Under the pieces are notes generated by a model, which worked only from the letters and a program-made list of their open reading frames with translations, was not told where the DNA came from and did not search any database. Below, in pieces: positions 39,196 through 50,577 of a stretch of DNA of 64,000 nucleotides. Numbering within the stretch: the first letter of the stretch is position 1; each line of letters opens with the position of its first letter. The stretch comes from Psilocybe cubensis (lineage: Eukaryota), in the NCBI GenBank assembly GCA_017499595.2, contig CM039007.1, positions 868,001-932,000 of the forward strand, written 5' to 3'. Both the position numbers and the translations under genes were made by a program.

Positions 39196-39706
39196 ATGCC
39201 TACACTGCGTAAATGCGAAGCTCTACCAATTACCATTAAAAACTCTTAAACATCAGCCCCAACAAAGCGGTCGCGACAGGCTACCGACTCCAATGTGGAT
39301 GACTCGAATGCAGAGAGCCTACCGAAGAAAAAGAGAAAGTCAACGAAAAGGTTGAACGGGGTTGCGAGAAAATTGCTTAGTGGAGACGAGGAGATTGTAT
39401 CAAGAAGGTGCATAGACGACGACAACGGTCGCAGACAAGGAAAAACTCTAACTTCTATGGTTTGCCCCCATTGCAGAAAGACAGGGAGCAGTACTACCCT
39501 GAGTGAACACATATGGAGGGAGTAAGTCTTCTAAGTCATCGTATGGTCCATACATTTTGAAGTCCCTTTTAATTCTTCACTTCCTTAGGCATGGCATTGC
39601 CGAACTAACTGATTATGACATCTTTCCTTCTCCCGTCGCAAAAGCAGTCAAACACAGGAGAATGTGGCCACCTCGAAAAATCAATTTTGCCGTACCACGT
39701 TCGTAG
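39196..39706 (+). pseudogene. Internally deleted F-box pseudogene
   Basis: MPTLRKCEALPITIKNS* (premature stop). Exon-1 sequence (..KKKRKSTKRLNGVA) is fused directly to penultimate-exon sequence (LLSGDEEIVSRRCID..CPHC..H). Last intron and last exon retained. Confidence 0.85.
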
Positions 39707-40041
39707 GATGAACTAGGTATGAATTGAGAGCAATGAGCATAGAAAGACCACATTATGCATATATCAGGTTGGTCAAGAAACAGAATAAAGGCGCACAACA
39801 GCAACCTTTTTAGAACGATTCAACGACTCCATTTGTACCTTGTGGTTTGCAAGAAACGATAATCTCTCCCTTTCGTCTCCATTTTTTTGTTATTTCCCGT
39901 TTCGGGAATCTGTGTCTTCACGACGACGAGCAACACATGCCCACCACCCAACATGATCACCAAATTGCCAGAAGCGTCAAAAGAACATGGCATTACTAGA
40001 GCGGAGGACATTAAAAACTGTAAAATAGGTACAAAACCAAC

Positions 40042-40801
40042 TCAAAAATCAATTCTACCGCTGTTCAAAGTTCGTATCAAGCTCTGCCTCCAAGTTAAAC
40101 GCAGAGGAATGTCATCCGGGTTCGAAGATGGCAACAACACTGGCGGTCGTTTGAAGGAGACGGGCTCATAATATTTGATAGAGTTCGTCTCCAAGACTAC
40201 CATGAAACCGCCAATATTGCCTACCCGTTCATTCATCTTTGCAACCTCTACCAGGTACTTCCGAAAATGCTCGCACTGGCTTTGACCAAAGTGTTCGATG
40301 GTTTCTGGTGAATCCAGCGACATGATCTTTGCATCTGTTACTCGAAAAGCCGTCTCAGGGCGTGTGGACGCCGGGTTTGGTACAACTTGAATGACGAGCA
40401 TTTCTCGGAGGTTTCGAGTGGTAGGCCGATCAAGGGTAATGCAAAAGGCGCCAAGTGTGCAGGACGCTATCGTGTCCTTGTGCAACTTGTAGAACTCGAG
40501 GAGAGATTGTGATTCCTTGAGCTGGGCCTTTTCCTCCTTTTTGGACATGGCATTTGGCCGAGGACCGCAATGCTTTTTGTGATCTTTCCAGGCCGAAGCT
40601 TGACATTCCCGGTTCTGTTATAGGAAATATATTCAGCTCGCACTTTGATCGCCGCTGGGTATAGACGATAGGGACACGTACGCAGTAGAATACATTTTTA
40701 CATCCACTACATTTGAGAAGTGGTTCCCCGTCAGCGTTTGAACCAATTCTCATACAGGCAGGGTTATGGCACAGAGGGGTGAGCTTTGGCTTGGTGGGCA
40801 T
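40042..40801 (-). CDS. MYND-type zinc finger protein
   Basis: CHNPAC...LLKCSGCKNVFYC|NRECQASAWKDHKKHC followed by a ~170-aa C-terminal domain. Confidence 0.88.
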
Positions 40802-40854
40802 AGTTTTTAGTCGAGAGTGGTAGTGGACTGCGAAAGGATATCGAAAGTTCGATG

Positions 40855-40951
40855 ATTGTGTCCTATTTATCTGCACAGAAATTCTCATGATTCGTTACTT
40901 CTATTGTGTCCTTATTTATCTTCATAGAAATTCTCGTGATTCGGTACTTCT
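40855..40951. repeat. Two-copy ~48-bp tandem duplication in the MYND gene promoter
   Basis: ATTGTGTCCTATTTATCTGCACAGAAATTCTCATGATTCGTTACTTCT followed by a close variant. Confidence 0.8.
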
Positions 40952-41413
40952 GTACCTAAATCGGCAGGCGATGTTCTTCATCTGAAAGAAAGGATTCTTC
41001 ATGGGTCAAGAATACAAAGGGGAATAAGGTCATTGTTTATTTAGCGGTGTATAATTTATTAGAAACATATTTCCAAGGTCTGATGCAAGCAGAAAGTCCC
41101 GTCCGCAAACTGTAAGGTTCGCCGAACCTTGAAGCTTGAACGTCGAACCGCGAACCGCGAGCCTTGAGGCGCAAACATTGATTATTGAACAGCGAACAGC
41201 GAACCACAAACTTGTTTGTAAAGAACCAAAGAAAGCAGCACAATTTTATAGTTTACCTTTTGTTCTGTTCATTCTCGGGCGCTCTTGCCATTTATTGTTA
41301 TTTCTCCGCAGTTCTACTGCAGCTTTACTCCTTGTTTCATAGTTCTTATTATGGATGTACAGTAATAGTGCACGCATACAAAATGTGTGCTTTCGTTCTC
41401 TTCGAACCTCAGT

Positions 41414-42757
41414 ATGGCTGCCCAAGTGGGGAAATATTCCCCGTAAACTTATTTAGGTATTTTTCTTACTGCGTGAATTTGTAAAAAAAAAGTTGGAGCG
41501 CGGAAACATTTTTTGAGTGCGCAGATTGTTTTCTAGCTTAGCCGTAAATATATTTGATTGCGCGGAAACATATTTTGGACATATTTTGCTAGCGCACGTA
41601 AATTTTTACTGCCCTCAATTATATTTAATGCATAAATCCTATGCGCGTAAAAACATTTTAAGCCCCAAACAATATTTCGATGCGCGGAAAACATTGTTCA
41701 ATTGCACTATTTCTAGCCTAAAGTGACCAGCCGTTATGCCGAGATCATGTAAAATGATCTAAAATGGCACCTCGGCACACTAAAACGAGTTCAAGCTCCG
41801 ATAGTTCTACCGCTATTCTATTTATTAGGACAATATAACAATTTCTATAGTACTTTCTATGTAATATTAGCCCATTTCCAGTGGCTTTGTGGTGTCCCCA
41901 TTAGCAGTGCAGCTTGTGCACCATTTCAGACATCTCTAGCATTGTGTGAAAACCCCATCAACCGTGGGAAAGGCATCAATCAGTGCATTCTTGAGCGCAT
42001 CTGTGCATTGGTAGAGTCGGAAATGGGAAAATAGTATTAAAAAAGCATGGTGAGATATGTATTACATAGAAATCTATGAGAATAAGTCAAAATATCATTC
42101 ACAACTACTGTTCACAAAAGCAAAATATCAGCAACGGCCGTCACAATTGCGCATCAGTGGCTGTGCAAGAAAGCGACACTTCACGTTCAAGGCGATTTCA
42201 AGGCAATTATCTCACATTCTTTGATTAAAGCAACATTAATACATTTCAAAAGAGTATATATTATATATAGTAATCAATTTGTAATTAAATGAATGTGGGT
42301 TAGCATTGCATTACAGAATCCTCGATATTTTCTTCAAAAATCCAAAAGGTGGAGCTTGAATTCGTTTCACTGTGCCGAGGTGCCATTTTAGATCATTTTA
42401 CATAATCTCGGCATAACGGCTGGTCACTTTAGGCTAGAAATAGTGCAGTTGAACAATGTTTTCCGCGCATCGAAAGATTTGTTTGCGGCATAAAATGTAT
42501 CTACGCGCATAGTGTTTATGCATTAAATATAATTGAGGGCAGTAGAAATTTATGTGCGCTAGCAAAATATGTCCAAAATATGTTTCTGCGCAGTCAAATA
42601 TGTTTCTGCGCGGTCAAATATATTTACGGCTAAGCTAGAAAACAATCTGCGCACTCAAAAAATGTTTCCGTGCTCCAACTTTTTTTTTACAAATTCACGC
42701 AGTAAGAAAAATACCTAAATAAGTTTACGGGGAATATTTCCCCACTTGGGCAGCCAT
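41414..42757. mobile_element. Foldback-type non-autonomous element with ~390-bp TIRs
   Basis: 41414-41799 is the reverse complement of 42351-42757. Flanked by ACCTCAGT at 41406-41413 and 42758-42765. ~550-bp non-coding spacer; repeated GCGCGGAAACA motifs in the arms. Confidence 0.92.
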
Positions 42758-42852
42758 ACCTCAGTCGTTCTGCTCGAACAACGACTGAGCTCGCTACCAG
42801 TTTTCTTACATTTATTTCAAACAGAGAAAGAAAAAATCCTCGATGTCGAAAA

Positions 42853-45782
42853 CTACTCCAACGCTTCGACATCCTCCTCGTCGTTCCTACCCATATCCAG
42901 TTTGCGCTTTTGTCCAGGCATGGCCTTTCCACCGCCATAGCCAACACTAGCTTTCTTCCTGAGCACCTCGATGTCCTGCTCTGCCTCCTCGGCCCACTCC
43001 AGAACCAAATGTCGTCCAAGGAAATGGGTATGACGAAGCGTATTGTACGCATTCTCAGCTTCATGCCGTGACACAAACTCGAGGAATGCAAAGCCGCGTG
43101 AGCGCGAGTCGAATTTCTTCGGAAGGCGCACAGATTTGAGATGACCATGAGCACTAGAAAAGGAATTGAGTCTAGCAAAAATGAATAATAATGAAAAGAA
43201 ACGCACCCAAACAGATCCCGCATGTCCTTCTTCGTCGCCTCGAATGGCACATTCTTCACAATCATCTTCGTCGTCCTGCTCTTCCCTGCATCGACCTTGC
43301 CTTTCTTTTCAGCCTCGGCCTCTTCCGCACCTCTACCAGCGAAGGAGACATACAGCGCATGACCATCTAGCACAAACCCTTGTACACTCTTAAGAGCCTT
43401 CTTGGCGCTCTCGGGATCCTTGAAGCCCAAGAACCCATATCCCATGCTGAGACGCCCATCCGGCCGCTTGGGATCCGGCTTTGTCTGCACCCGCGCAAAG
43501 GAGAACGAAGGCAGATGTGAAAACACCTTTGCGAGCCGTTCCTGCGTCGTGGAGAATGCCAAGTTCTTGACGTACAACGTTGACCCGCCTGCGATCGACG
43601 GTTCTTCCACATCGTCCGTATCGTCTGCTGCTCCCACTTGTTCCGGAATGCGCACGGCGTGTGCAGCTGTTGTCGTAGGTGCCGATGCTGTGCCTTTGGT
43701 AGGTGGCACGAATCCCTCTATGAACATCCCTAGCGGGCCTTTCTCGAGATACACCACCGAGTTCCCGAGCCGTCTATACGCAACCGCCCTGAATGCTTTC
43801 GCTGCCTCATCCGGTTTCTCAAAGTCCACCACGGCCATCGTCCCAGCAGGAGGAATCAGCACGCGGGCAAGTTCGCCATGAGGCTCAAACATCTCTCTAA
43901 TCTGCTCTTCAGACGTCCCGTAAGGAATGTTCTTGACCAGGATCGTCGTATCTGAGCGTGCTTTAGAACTGAATGCAGATAGCAATACACCTTGAGACTC
44001 GAGGTACGACTTCGTTTCCTGGATGATATGTGTCTCGGCGAGAGCCAGCTTTACAGCGGCATTATCCCCACTTTCTGGATTCAAGATCTCCGATTTATCG
44101 ATATTCATTCGTGCAGCGATTGAAGAGGCAACAGCATCGCTCTAGAGAAAAAAGAAACGGAAGAAAATAAATTTTATTGGAATGTGTTACAAATAATGTA
44201 TAGGCTAGAAAGCTACGTACATTCATGTACAACATGCTCCAGTTAAACTCCTGTCCTGCCATCGCCTTCCTCTTCTGGTTCTTCTCTTCCTTTAAACTCT
44301 TTTTATGACCTTCACCCTCTTGTACCTCTGGCTTCCCCTTCCTATCAACAGCTGCAAGGATGTGGAGCAGACGCCCCTGGAACGATCTCTTGTCCAGAGC
44401 CTCGTAGGCGGCTAGGGCATCAGTGGGTTTAGCGAAAGTGACATAAGCGAGTCCTTTATGTTGCTTCGTAGTTGGGTCGCGAGGAGTGTGTATCTAAAGA
44501 AAGATAGAATATGATTAGAAATGTCGTTGAAGAATAATCATAATCATCAAAAAAAAATCAGAAATATTTCTACTATCGGTTTTCCCAAAGGATCAACATG
44601 CCCGAAGGTCTGATGTCCCTATTTGGTTTATGCATCTTGGAAAGCAAAAAGAATGGATAAGAATGTTTACCTAGAAGGAAAATAATGAGTTAGCGAGCGA
44701 GTTCGATGCATAAAAGTAGAAGAGAATAGGAAAGGATCAGAATAAATTTCTACTATCGGTATTCCACAAGGATCAACATTCCCGAAGGTCTGATGTCCCT
44801 ATTTATGTGTCATCTTGTCGAAATTGCGTACGCAAAAGGAGGACGAACAGAAAGAAACCGAGTCTCACCTGAGATATTTGTCCAAAGGGTTCGAATAGCT
44901 CTCTAAGCTCTTCGTCAGTACATGAAAATGCCAAGTTACGGACAAAAAGTCGCGCTGTCTGGAGAATAGTTTCTTTAGTTGGGTCAACGGGTTTAGAAGC
45001 ATCGGCGGTCGCAGGTTGAGTGCCCTGCTTCGAAATGGAAATAAAATTAGACAAAAACCTTGACAGAGAAACAACTCATGCGAACACTTACCTTTTGAGA
45101 TTCGGTTGCATTGACAGGCTTTCCCCCATCCTCTTCGTCTTGTTCAAAGACTCTCTCCTCAACAACTTCGTCGACGACAGCAGCAGACATTCTCTGGCGC
45201 ATCCACTCTACATCTGAAATGGCACCTTGAGCCTCGGTATCTTCGGGGGCAGGTACAACTGAAGGCGTAGGCTCAGCTGGCATAATCGGGACAGGAGTAG
45301 CGGCTTCATTCGCCCATGCAGGCCCTTTCTTCTTCTCCATGAGTTTCATGAATTCCTCACGGTTCTTGTCGCTCTTCATAGGTGACTTCTGGTCTTTTGT
45401 GACTGACGATGGAGTAGTGGAATCAGAGTGTGATGTTGAGGGGTCCAGGCGCTGTCGTTTCCGGGGTCTAGGAGCATCTGCTGCACCCTGTTGGATATTG
45501 AGTAACTAGAAAACATAGAAAGAGTAAAAGGCGCACCTCAGAAAAGCTAACATTAATTCTCGTTGAATCAATAAACGTCCTGTCGAACCATTTCTGCGCC
45601 TTCTGTGCTTCTGCCTCCGACTTGAATCCAACGAATCCAAAACGTCTTGACGTGCCATCTGACTTTGACGAGACTTTTACATCGGTGAGGGTCCCGCCTG
45701 GGCCTCCCTTCTGCTCAAAGTGCTCCCGGAGTCTCGCTGGCGTCACATACACCGGCAAATTTTTGATAATGAGGCGAGACAT
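42853..45782 (-). CDS. MRD1: Multiple RNA-binding domain protein 1 (RBM19 orthologue), 5 RRMs, ribosome biogenesis
   Basis: MSRLIIKNLP...RRFGFVGFK; RLFVRNLAF; FNWSMLYMNSDAV; ILVKNIPYG; LYVKNLAF..SMGYGFLGF; KMIVKNVPFEA..RGFAFLEF..THFLGRHLVLEWA. Confidence 0.96.
44555..44641 (-). ncRNA. Intronic box C/D snoRNA, snR64/SNORD74-like (copy 2, degenerate C box)
   Basis: C box AAGAUGC, guide AUAGGGACA-U, D' CAGA, CCUUCGGG loop, C' AUGUUGA, GAUAGUAGA element, D box CUGA (44558-44561). Guide is complementary to the conserved LSU rRNA stretch UGUCCCUAU (rRNA recalled, not searched). Confidence 0.75.
44734..44820 (-). ncRNA. Intronic box C/D snoRNA, snR64/SNORD74-like (copy 1)
   Basis: C box AAGAUGA (44810-44816), guide AUAGGGACA-U, D' CAGA, UUCG loop, C' AUGUUGA, D box CUGA (44737-44740); same strand as host MRD1. 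Confidence 0.82.
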
Positions 45783-46000
45783 CGAAACAGACGTCTTTAA
45801 TGGCGATTAGCTTACGGAAATAACCAAACAGGAGGGGAACAGCAAAATACGGACCTGGAAGATTTGTTCAGAAGAAAAAATGCACGGAATTTATACGCTT
45901 GACCCTATTTTAGACTCCGATCGGGTATCGCCGTCTGCCCACGCGCGTGCTATCAATCGTCCTGAATCAGCTGCACACCACCTCAGTCTCGGCGAGTTCA
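45783..46000. promoter_or_regulatory. Compact bidirectional promoter region between MRD1 and prefoldin 3
   Basis: Head-to-head ATGs only 218 bp apart. Confidence 0.6.
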
Positions 46001-46916
46001 ATGGCTACCGCGAAACCTAAAACAGTGTTCTCCGACGAGAAAAATCCTAGAGGAATTCCAAAAGCGCCCTTTATTGTGAGGATGTTCAATCTATAACCCA
46101 TGTTTGTAACTTCTGATTAAAAAACCTACAAAACAGGCAGATGTCGAAGAATACATAGGCAGTCCTGACGCCAGCATCGAGTCAACAATGAAAGTCTTCC
46201 AAGATGCACTGGCGTACGCGTTTTCTCGAACTATGTTACTTTATCACCTCAATGAAACATGATTTCCTTCTGGAAGCTCAGCAAGTACCGATTCATGGAC
46301 TCCAGCCTAACCCAGCGACGCGCGAGCCTTGAGCAGAAAATCCCGGATATTCGCAAGACGTTGGACATGGTTGAATATCTCCAAGAACGAAGAGTATGTA
46401 TATATTTTAATTCGTGATATTGATTGTTGATGACGATCAACTATCGTTCCAGGAGGGCAAAAGTAAAGCCAAAGACGACGAGGACGACCTAGACGATCTT
46501 GATGATGAAGAAGAGGGAGATGCTACGAAACCTCTTACCACGACATTCGAGCTGAACGACACGTTATACGCTGAAGCTGAGCTCGAAGATACAGATACTG
46601 TATATCTATGGCTTGGGGTGCGTCGCTTTTCCACAGCACATTGCGCATTTCGATCTCATATCAAATAAACTTTTAGGCCAACGTCATGCTGTCCTACAAA
46701 ATTCCAGCAGCCATCACTCTATTAAAGTCCAAACTAGACGCTGCACAGACAAGTCTGGACAACACAATCGAAGACCTCGAATTTCTACGAGAGCAACTCA
46801 CGATCATGGAAGTCAATACCGCGCGCCTTTACAACTGGGACGTCAAACGCAGACGGGAGAAGCGCGAAAGGGAACAAAAAGCTGTAACTGCAACTTCCAC
46901 TGTAGTCACAAAATAA
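46001..46916 (+). CDS. PAC10: Prefoldin subunit 3 (VBP1/Gim2)
   Basis: NPRGIPKAPFI, KYRFM, KIPDIRKTL, TTFELNDTLYAEAEL..VYLWLGANVMLSY, DLEFLREQLTIMEVNTARLYNWDV. Confidence 0.95.
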
Positions 46917-47519
46917 GATCGGGAGGCTTTACATACTCCAATGTAAAATATCGCCGTTTCTCGGCCTATTTATCATTATACTCTTCCTGCTCCTATGTTT
47001 CATCACGCGGTTGAATCCAAGCTCAGAAGGATACTTGCAGTTAGAGAGCTCATACTGAATGAAATCCCGGGCGATACAAATCCCTACACAATACCGGTGA
47101 AAAAAATTGTCCGGAGAGCTTTTATACCCCTTTCAATGTGCCTTCATGTTCTGCAAACTTCGCTCTCAAAAGTTCAGTCACGTTGCAAAGCTTACACACC
47201 GCCCAAGACATAGCGGCTGCTTATTGGTCGTTACTAGGCCATTACCTACATGCCATGACCGCTTCGATTCACCCAGTCACTTTTCTGACAAACGGTGCGA
47301 AAGTTCCTGATCCGACGTGAGGGGATGGGCCAAGATAGAAGCCAATCCGGATGCACCAATCCACGCCTCGCCTAACCCAAATGAAGATTCCAGAATCCGT
47401 ATGTAAAATCCAATGTGCCTATTTTCGTTCACGAGGAGCTGGTGGGGTATATAACATCTAATCACCCTTCCAGTTCCGCTTTGCCCCTCTCTAGAAGCCC
47501 ACCCTTTCACTGACCTGAC

Positions 47520-50034
47520 ATGACGACCCTCGACGATACAACCTCCAAGACAAGGGGTAACGCCTCTGACGACATCCATGATGAAAAATCCCCAATCGAT
47601 ATGGCAGAAAAAGATTCACATACGACGTACAGCTCTACTGAGAATTTGTACCAAGACGACGCTTTGGAGCCAGTGTATTACGCCAAAACGTTGATTCTGA
47701 ACCGGGCAATTGAAGAGATTGGGATGGGCAAATATCAGGTGCGTTCAGGTTTGAATCAAATGTTGAGGACGTTTGAAAGCTAATTCTCATCCTTGTCTTC
47801 AAGTACATGCTATTCCTCGTATCGGGCTTCGGATGGTTTGCGTAAGAATTCACCTAACATACCCTTGCAAACATGGACTCAATTGACAATCGTTGTTTCG
47901 TGCAACAGCGATAGCGTATGGCCGGTATGTCGTCCGACCTCAATCCGACTATTTACACAGTGACTCACACGATCTTTATTTTCATGCCTATCTCAACACA
48001 ATTTTTATAGCTAATAACAGGCCTGATCTTGACACCCGTAGTCGACGAGTTCGGATTCAATCCCCCATTCCTCAGTCTTGCGGTAAACGCAGGCCTTCTT
48101 GTGGGGGCTGTATTCTGGGGCCTAGGTTGCGACGTTTGGGGAAGACGGTTCGTGCTCGCTCTATCCATCTTCCAGACCCGGAAATGACACGTCTCTCTCG
48201 GACAATTTCACTTGCATGCCACGTATTTTTCCATATCTACAGATGGTGCTTCAACATTACATTGTTTCTTGCTGGTGTATTCGGTCTAGCCGCAGGAGGC
48301 GCGTCGAATTTTATCACCTTGGCGTCTTTGCTCGCCGTCATGGGCGTAGGAGTTGGAGGTAAATTTTTGTATCGCACCTCACATATTCACATCAAGCCCA
48401 ATATCGCAAATTTGACTTACAGGTAATCTACCTATAGATTCAGCGGTCTTTTTAGGTCAGTAATTCGCAACCCTACGGTAATCACGGTAAAAAATGACGA
48501 CTTCGTTAACCTTTGTCGAACCAGACTTCGTTCCTGCATCCCGCCAATTCCTCCTCACATTCATGTCCATATTCTGGTGCCTCGGACAACTCGTCGTCAA
48601 CCTTGTAAGATCTAACCTCGTATTCTCTAATATATTGCACCCATAGCCTTTTCTCTCCTAGCTCGCCTGGCCACTCATAGCAAACTTTTCTTGCCCCGTG
48701 GCAACGCCGACATCTCCACCATGTACCCGTTCAGCCAACATGGGCTGGCGCTATTTGCTTTTCACCCTCGGTGGGCTCACCCTCCTCCTCTGGGCCATCC
48801 GTTTTTTCGTCTTCGAGCTCGCTGAAAGTCCACGGTACCTCATCGGCAAAGGACGTGATGCGGAGGCAGTGATGATCATACACAAGATAGCTGCGTATAA
48901 CGGCACAACGAGCACATTGACCGTCGACCAACTTGCGGCTGTCGGTGGCGGGGAGTTCTCCGACAAACAACAGGAAACGAAGGCTGAAGGTAAAAAGTTG
49001 TCGTTGACCCGCACTTCCGACTTTACTCTGGGACATATCAAATCTCTATTCCGGACGAGGAAAATTGCTTATTCTACATCTCTGTTGATATCCGTATGGG
49101 GTGCGTCTGGTGTTCTTTGATATTTGATGTTCTATAACCAGCTTTGACTAATGCATTTGCAGGTATAATTGGCCTTGCTTCGACTTTGTACAACAATTTC
49201 CTATCTTTCCTGTAAGTACTCACTCTTCTTGAAATCCTCTGGGTGTATGGTTACTTACTAACTGAATAAATGACAGATTGAACAGCAAAGGGGCACATTT
49301 CGACGATGCAACCCTCAACATCACTTATCGCAACGTACGTGCTCCCTGAATGAGTGCCAGGCGAATATTTACTTACGGATAATTGTATCAATTATGCATA
49401 GTCCTTCATTTTGAGTGTCGTAGGTATCCCCGCTGCGTTCTTCGCCACATGGCTCGTCGAGATCCCCCAACTGGGACGACGAGGTGCCTTGGCCGTATCC
49501 GCAGGTAACTCACAATCCACTACCCCATCCATGTATCCATGAAGATTAAATAACTCCTCATAAGCTCTTACTGGTGCCTTCCTCTTCGCCACCACCACTG
49601 CACGAACCTCGAACGCACTTTTGGGGTGGAACTGTGGTTACTCATTCTTCAGCAACGTAAGTCCCATCCACACTTTACCGTATCCCACGAAGCTTAAATA
49701 TTCCCCCCTTGCCGTCTTGAAACTGACAGGTTATGTACGGTATTCTGTATGCCATCTCCCCCGAGATCTTCCCTGGCAAAGATCGAGGCACAGGCAACGG
49801 TTTGACAGCAGCAGCGACCAGAGTGTTCGGGCTCATCGTACGTGATAGTTTTCTAGAACAAGCTCGACAAATTCTAAACACACTTCAAATCTTTCATACC
49901 AGGCACCCATCATTGCATTGTACGCCGATATTACAACATCCGTCCCTGTGTACATCGCAGGAGCTTTGATCATCTTCTCTGGATCTCTGGCTCTATTGAT
50001 CCCATACGAACCTCGGGGCAAAGCCGCCATGTAA
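47520..50034 (+). CDS. MFS transporter (SV2/sugar-transporter-like)
   Basis: AIEEIGMGKYQ..LFLVSGFGWF, GAVFWGLGCDVWGRR, GVGGNLPID, MGWRYLLFTLG, ESPRYL, PEIFPGKDRGTGNG. Confidence 0.92.
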
Positions 50035-50577
50035 AATCTACAAAGGACTTGGAAGATTATTTGCCATGTCAGATAGAAATTATTTCAGTTTTACTTCGGG
50101 ATTAAGGGGCATTGTACAATACCATTAGACGTTTTAACCATGATTGACGAAATTCAAGAGTACATTGTCGAATCGGAGAAATAACGCTTAAGAGACAAAA
50201 TAATGGGTATTGGAAAATCGAGTGGTTACAGAGAAGAATGTATAGACGCAGTGGGAGATCACAAATGTGATCAAAAAATCCGAGAGTTAGAAATAAAGAG
50301 CTTAAAAGGTTCAGAAAATAGAGAGATACGAGATCATAAAGTAGGAGGATGAGGGGTATTACGGATAGAGCAAATAAGAAAAAAAAAAGTTTGTAAAAAA
50401 GCTAACAATAGTTTGATAGAGATAGAGTGACCGGGAAAAAAAGCATAACCTGATCGACACAAGTCGTGAAACGATCTTAAAGAATAAGAAGAAAACATCG
50501 AAAAGAGACGAAAAACGATCAACGGAATAAAAAGAAAACATAGAAATGACGAAGGAAGTTAAAATTTTTTAAAACGT

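Noticed and set aside
41105-41230. Cluster of CGAAC/GAAC motifs as a transposon end or CRISPR-like array
   Set aside because: No regular repeat-spacer period, partner end or TSD; at most a degraded subterminal remnant.
42687-43200. C-terminal extension of the 473-aa ORF ending ...YGCPSGEIFPVNLFRYFSYCVNL (also at 41185-41484)
   Set aside because: Unspliced read-through into the foldback TIR; the true MRD1 end is at 42853.
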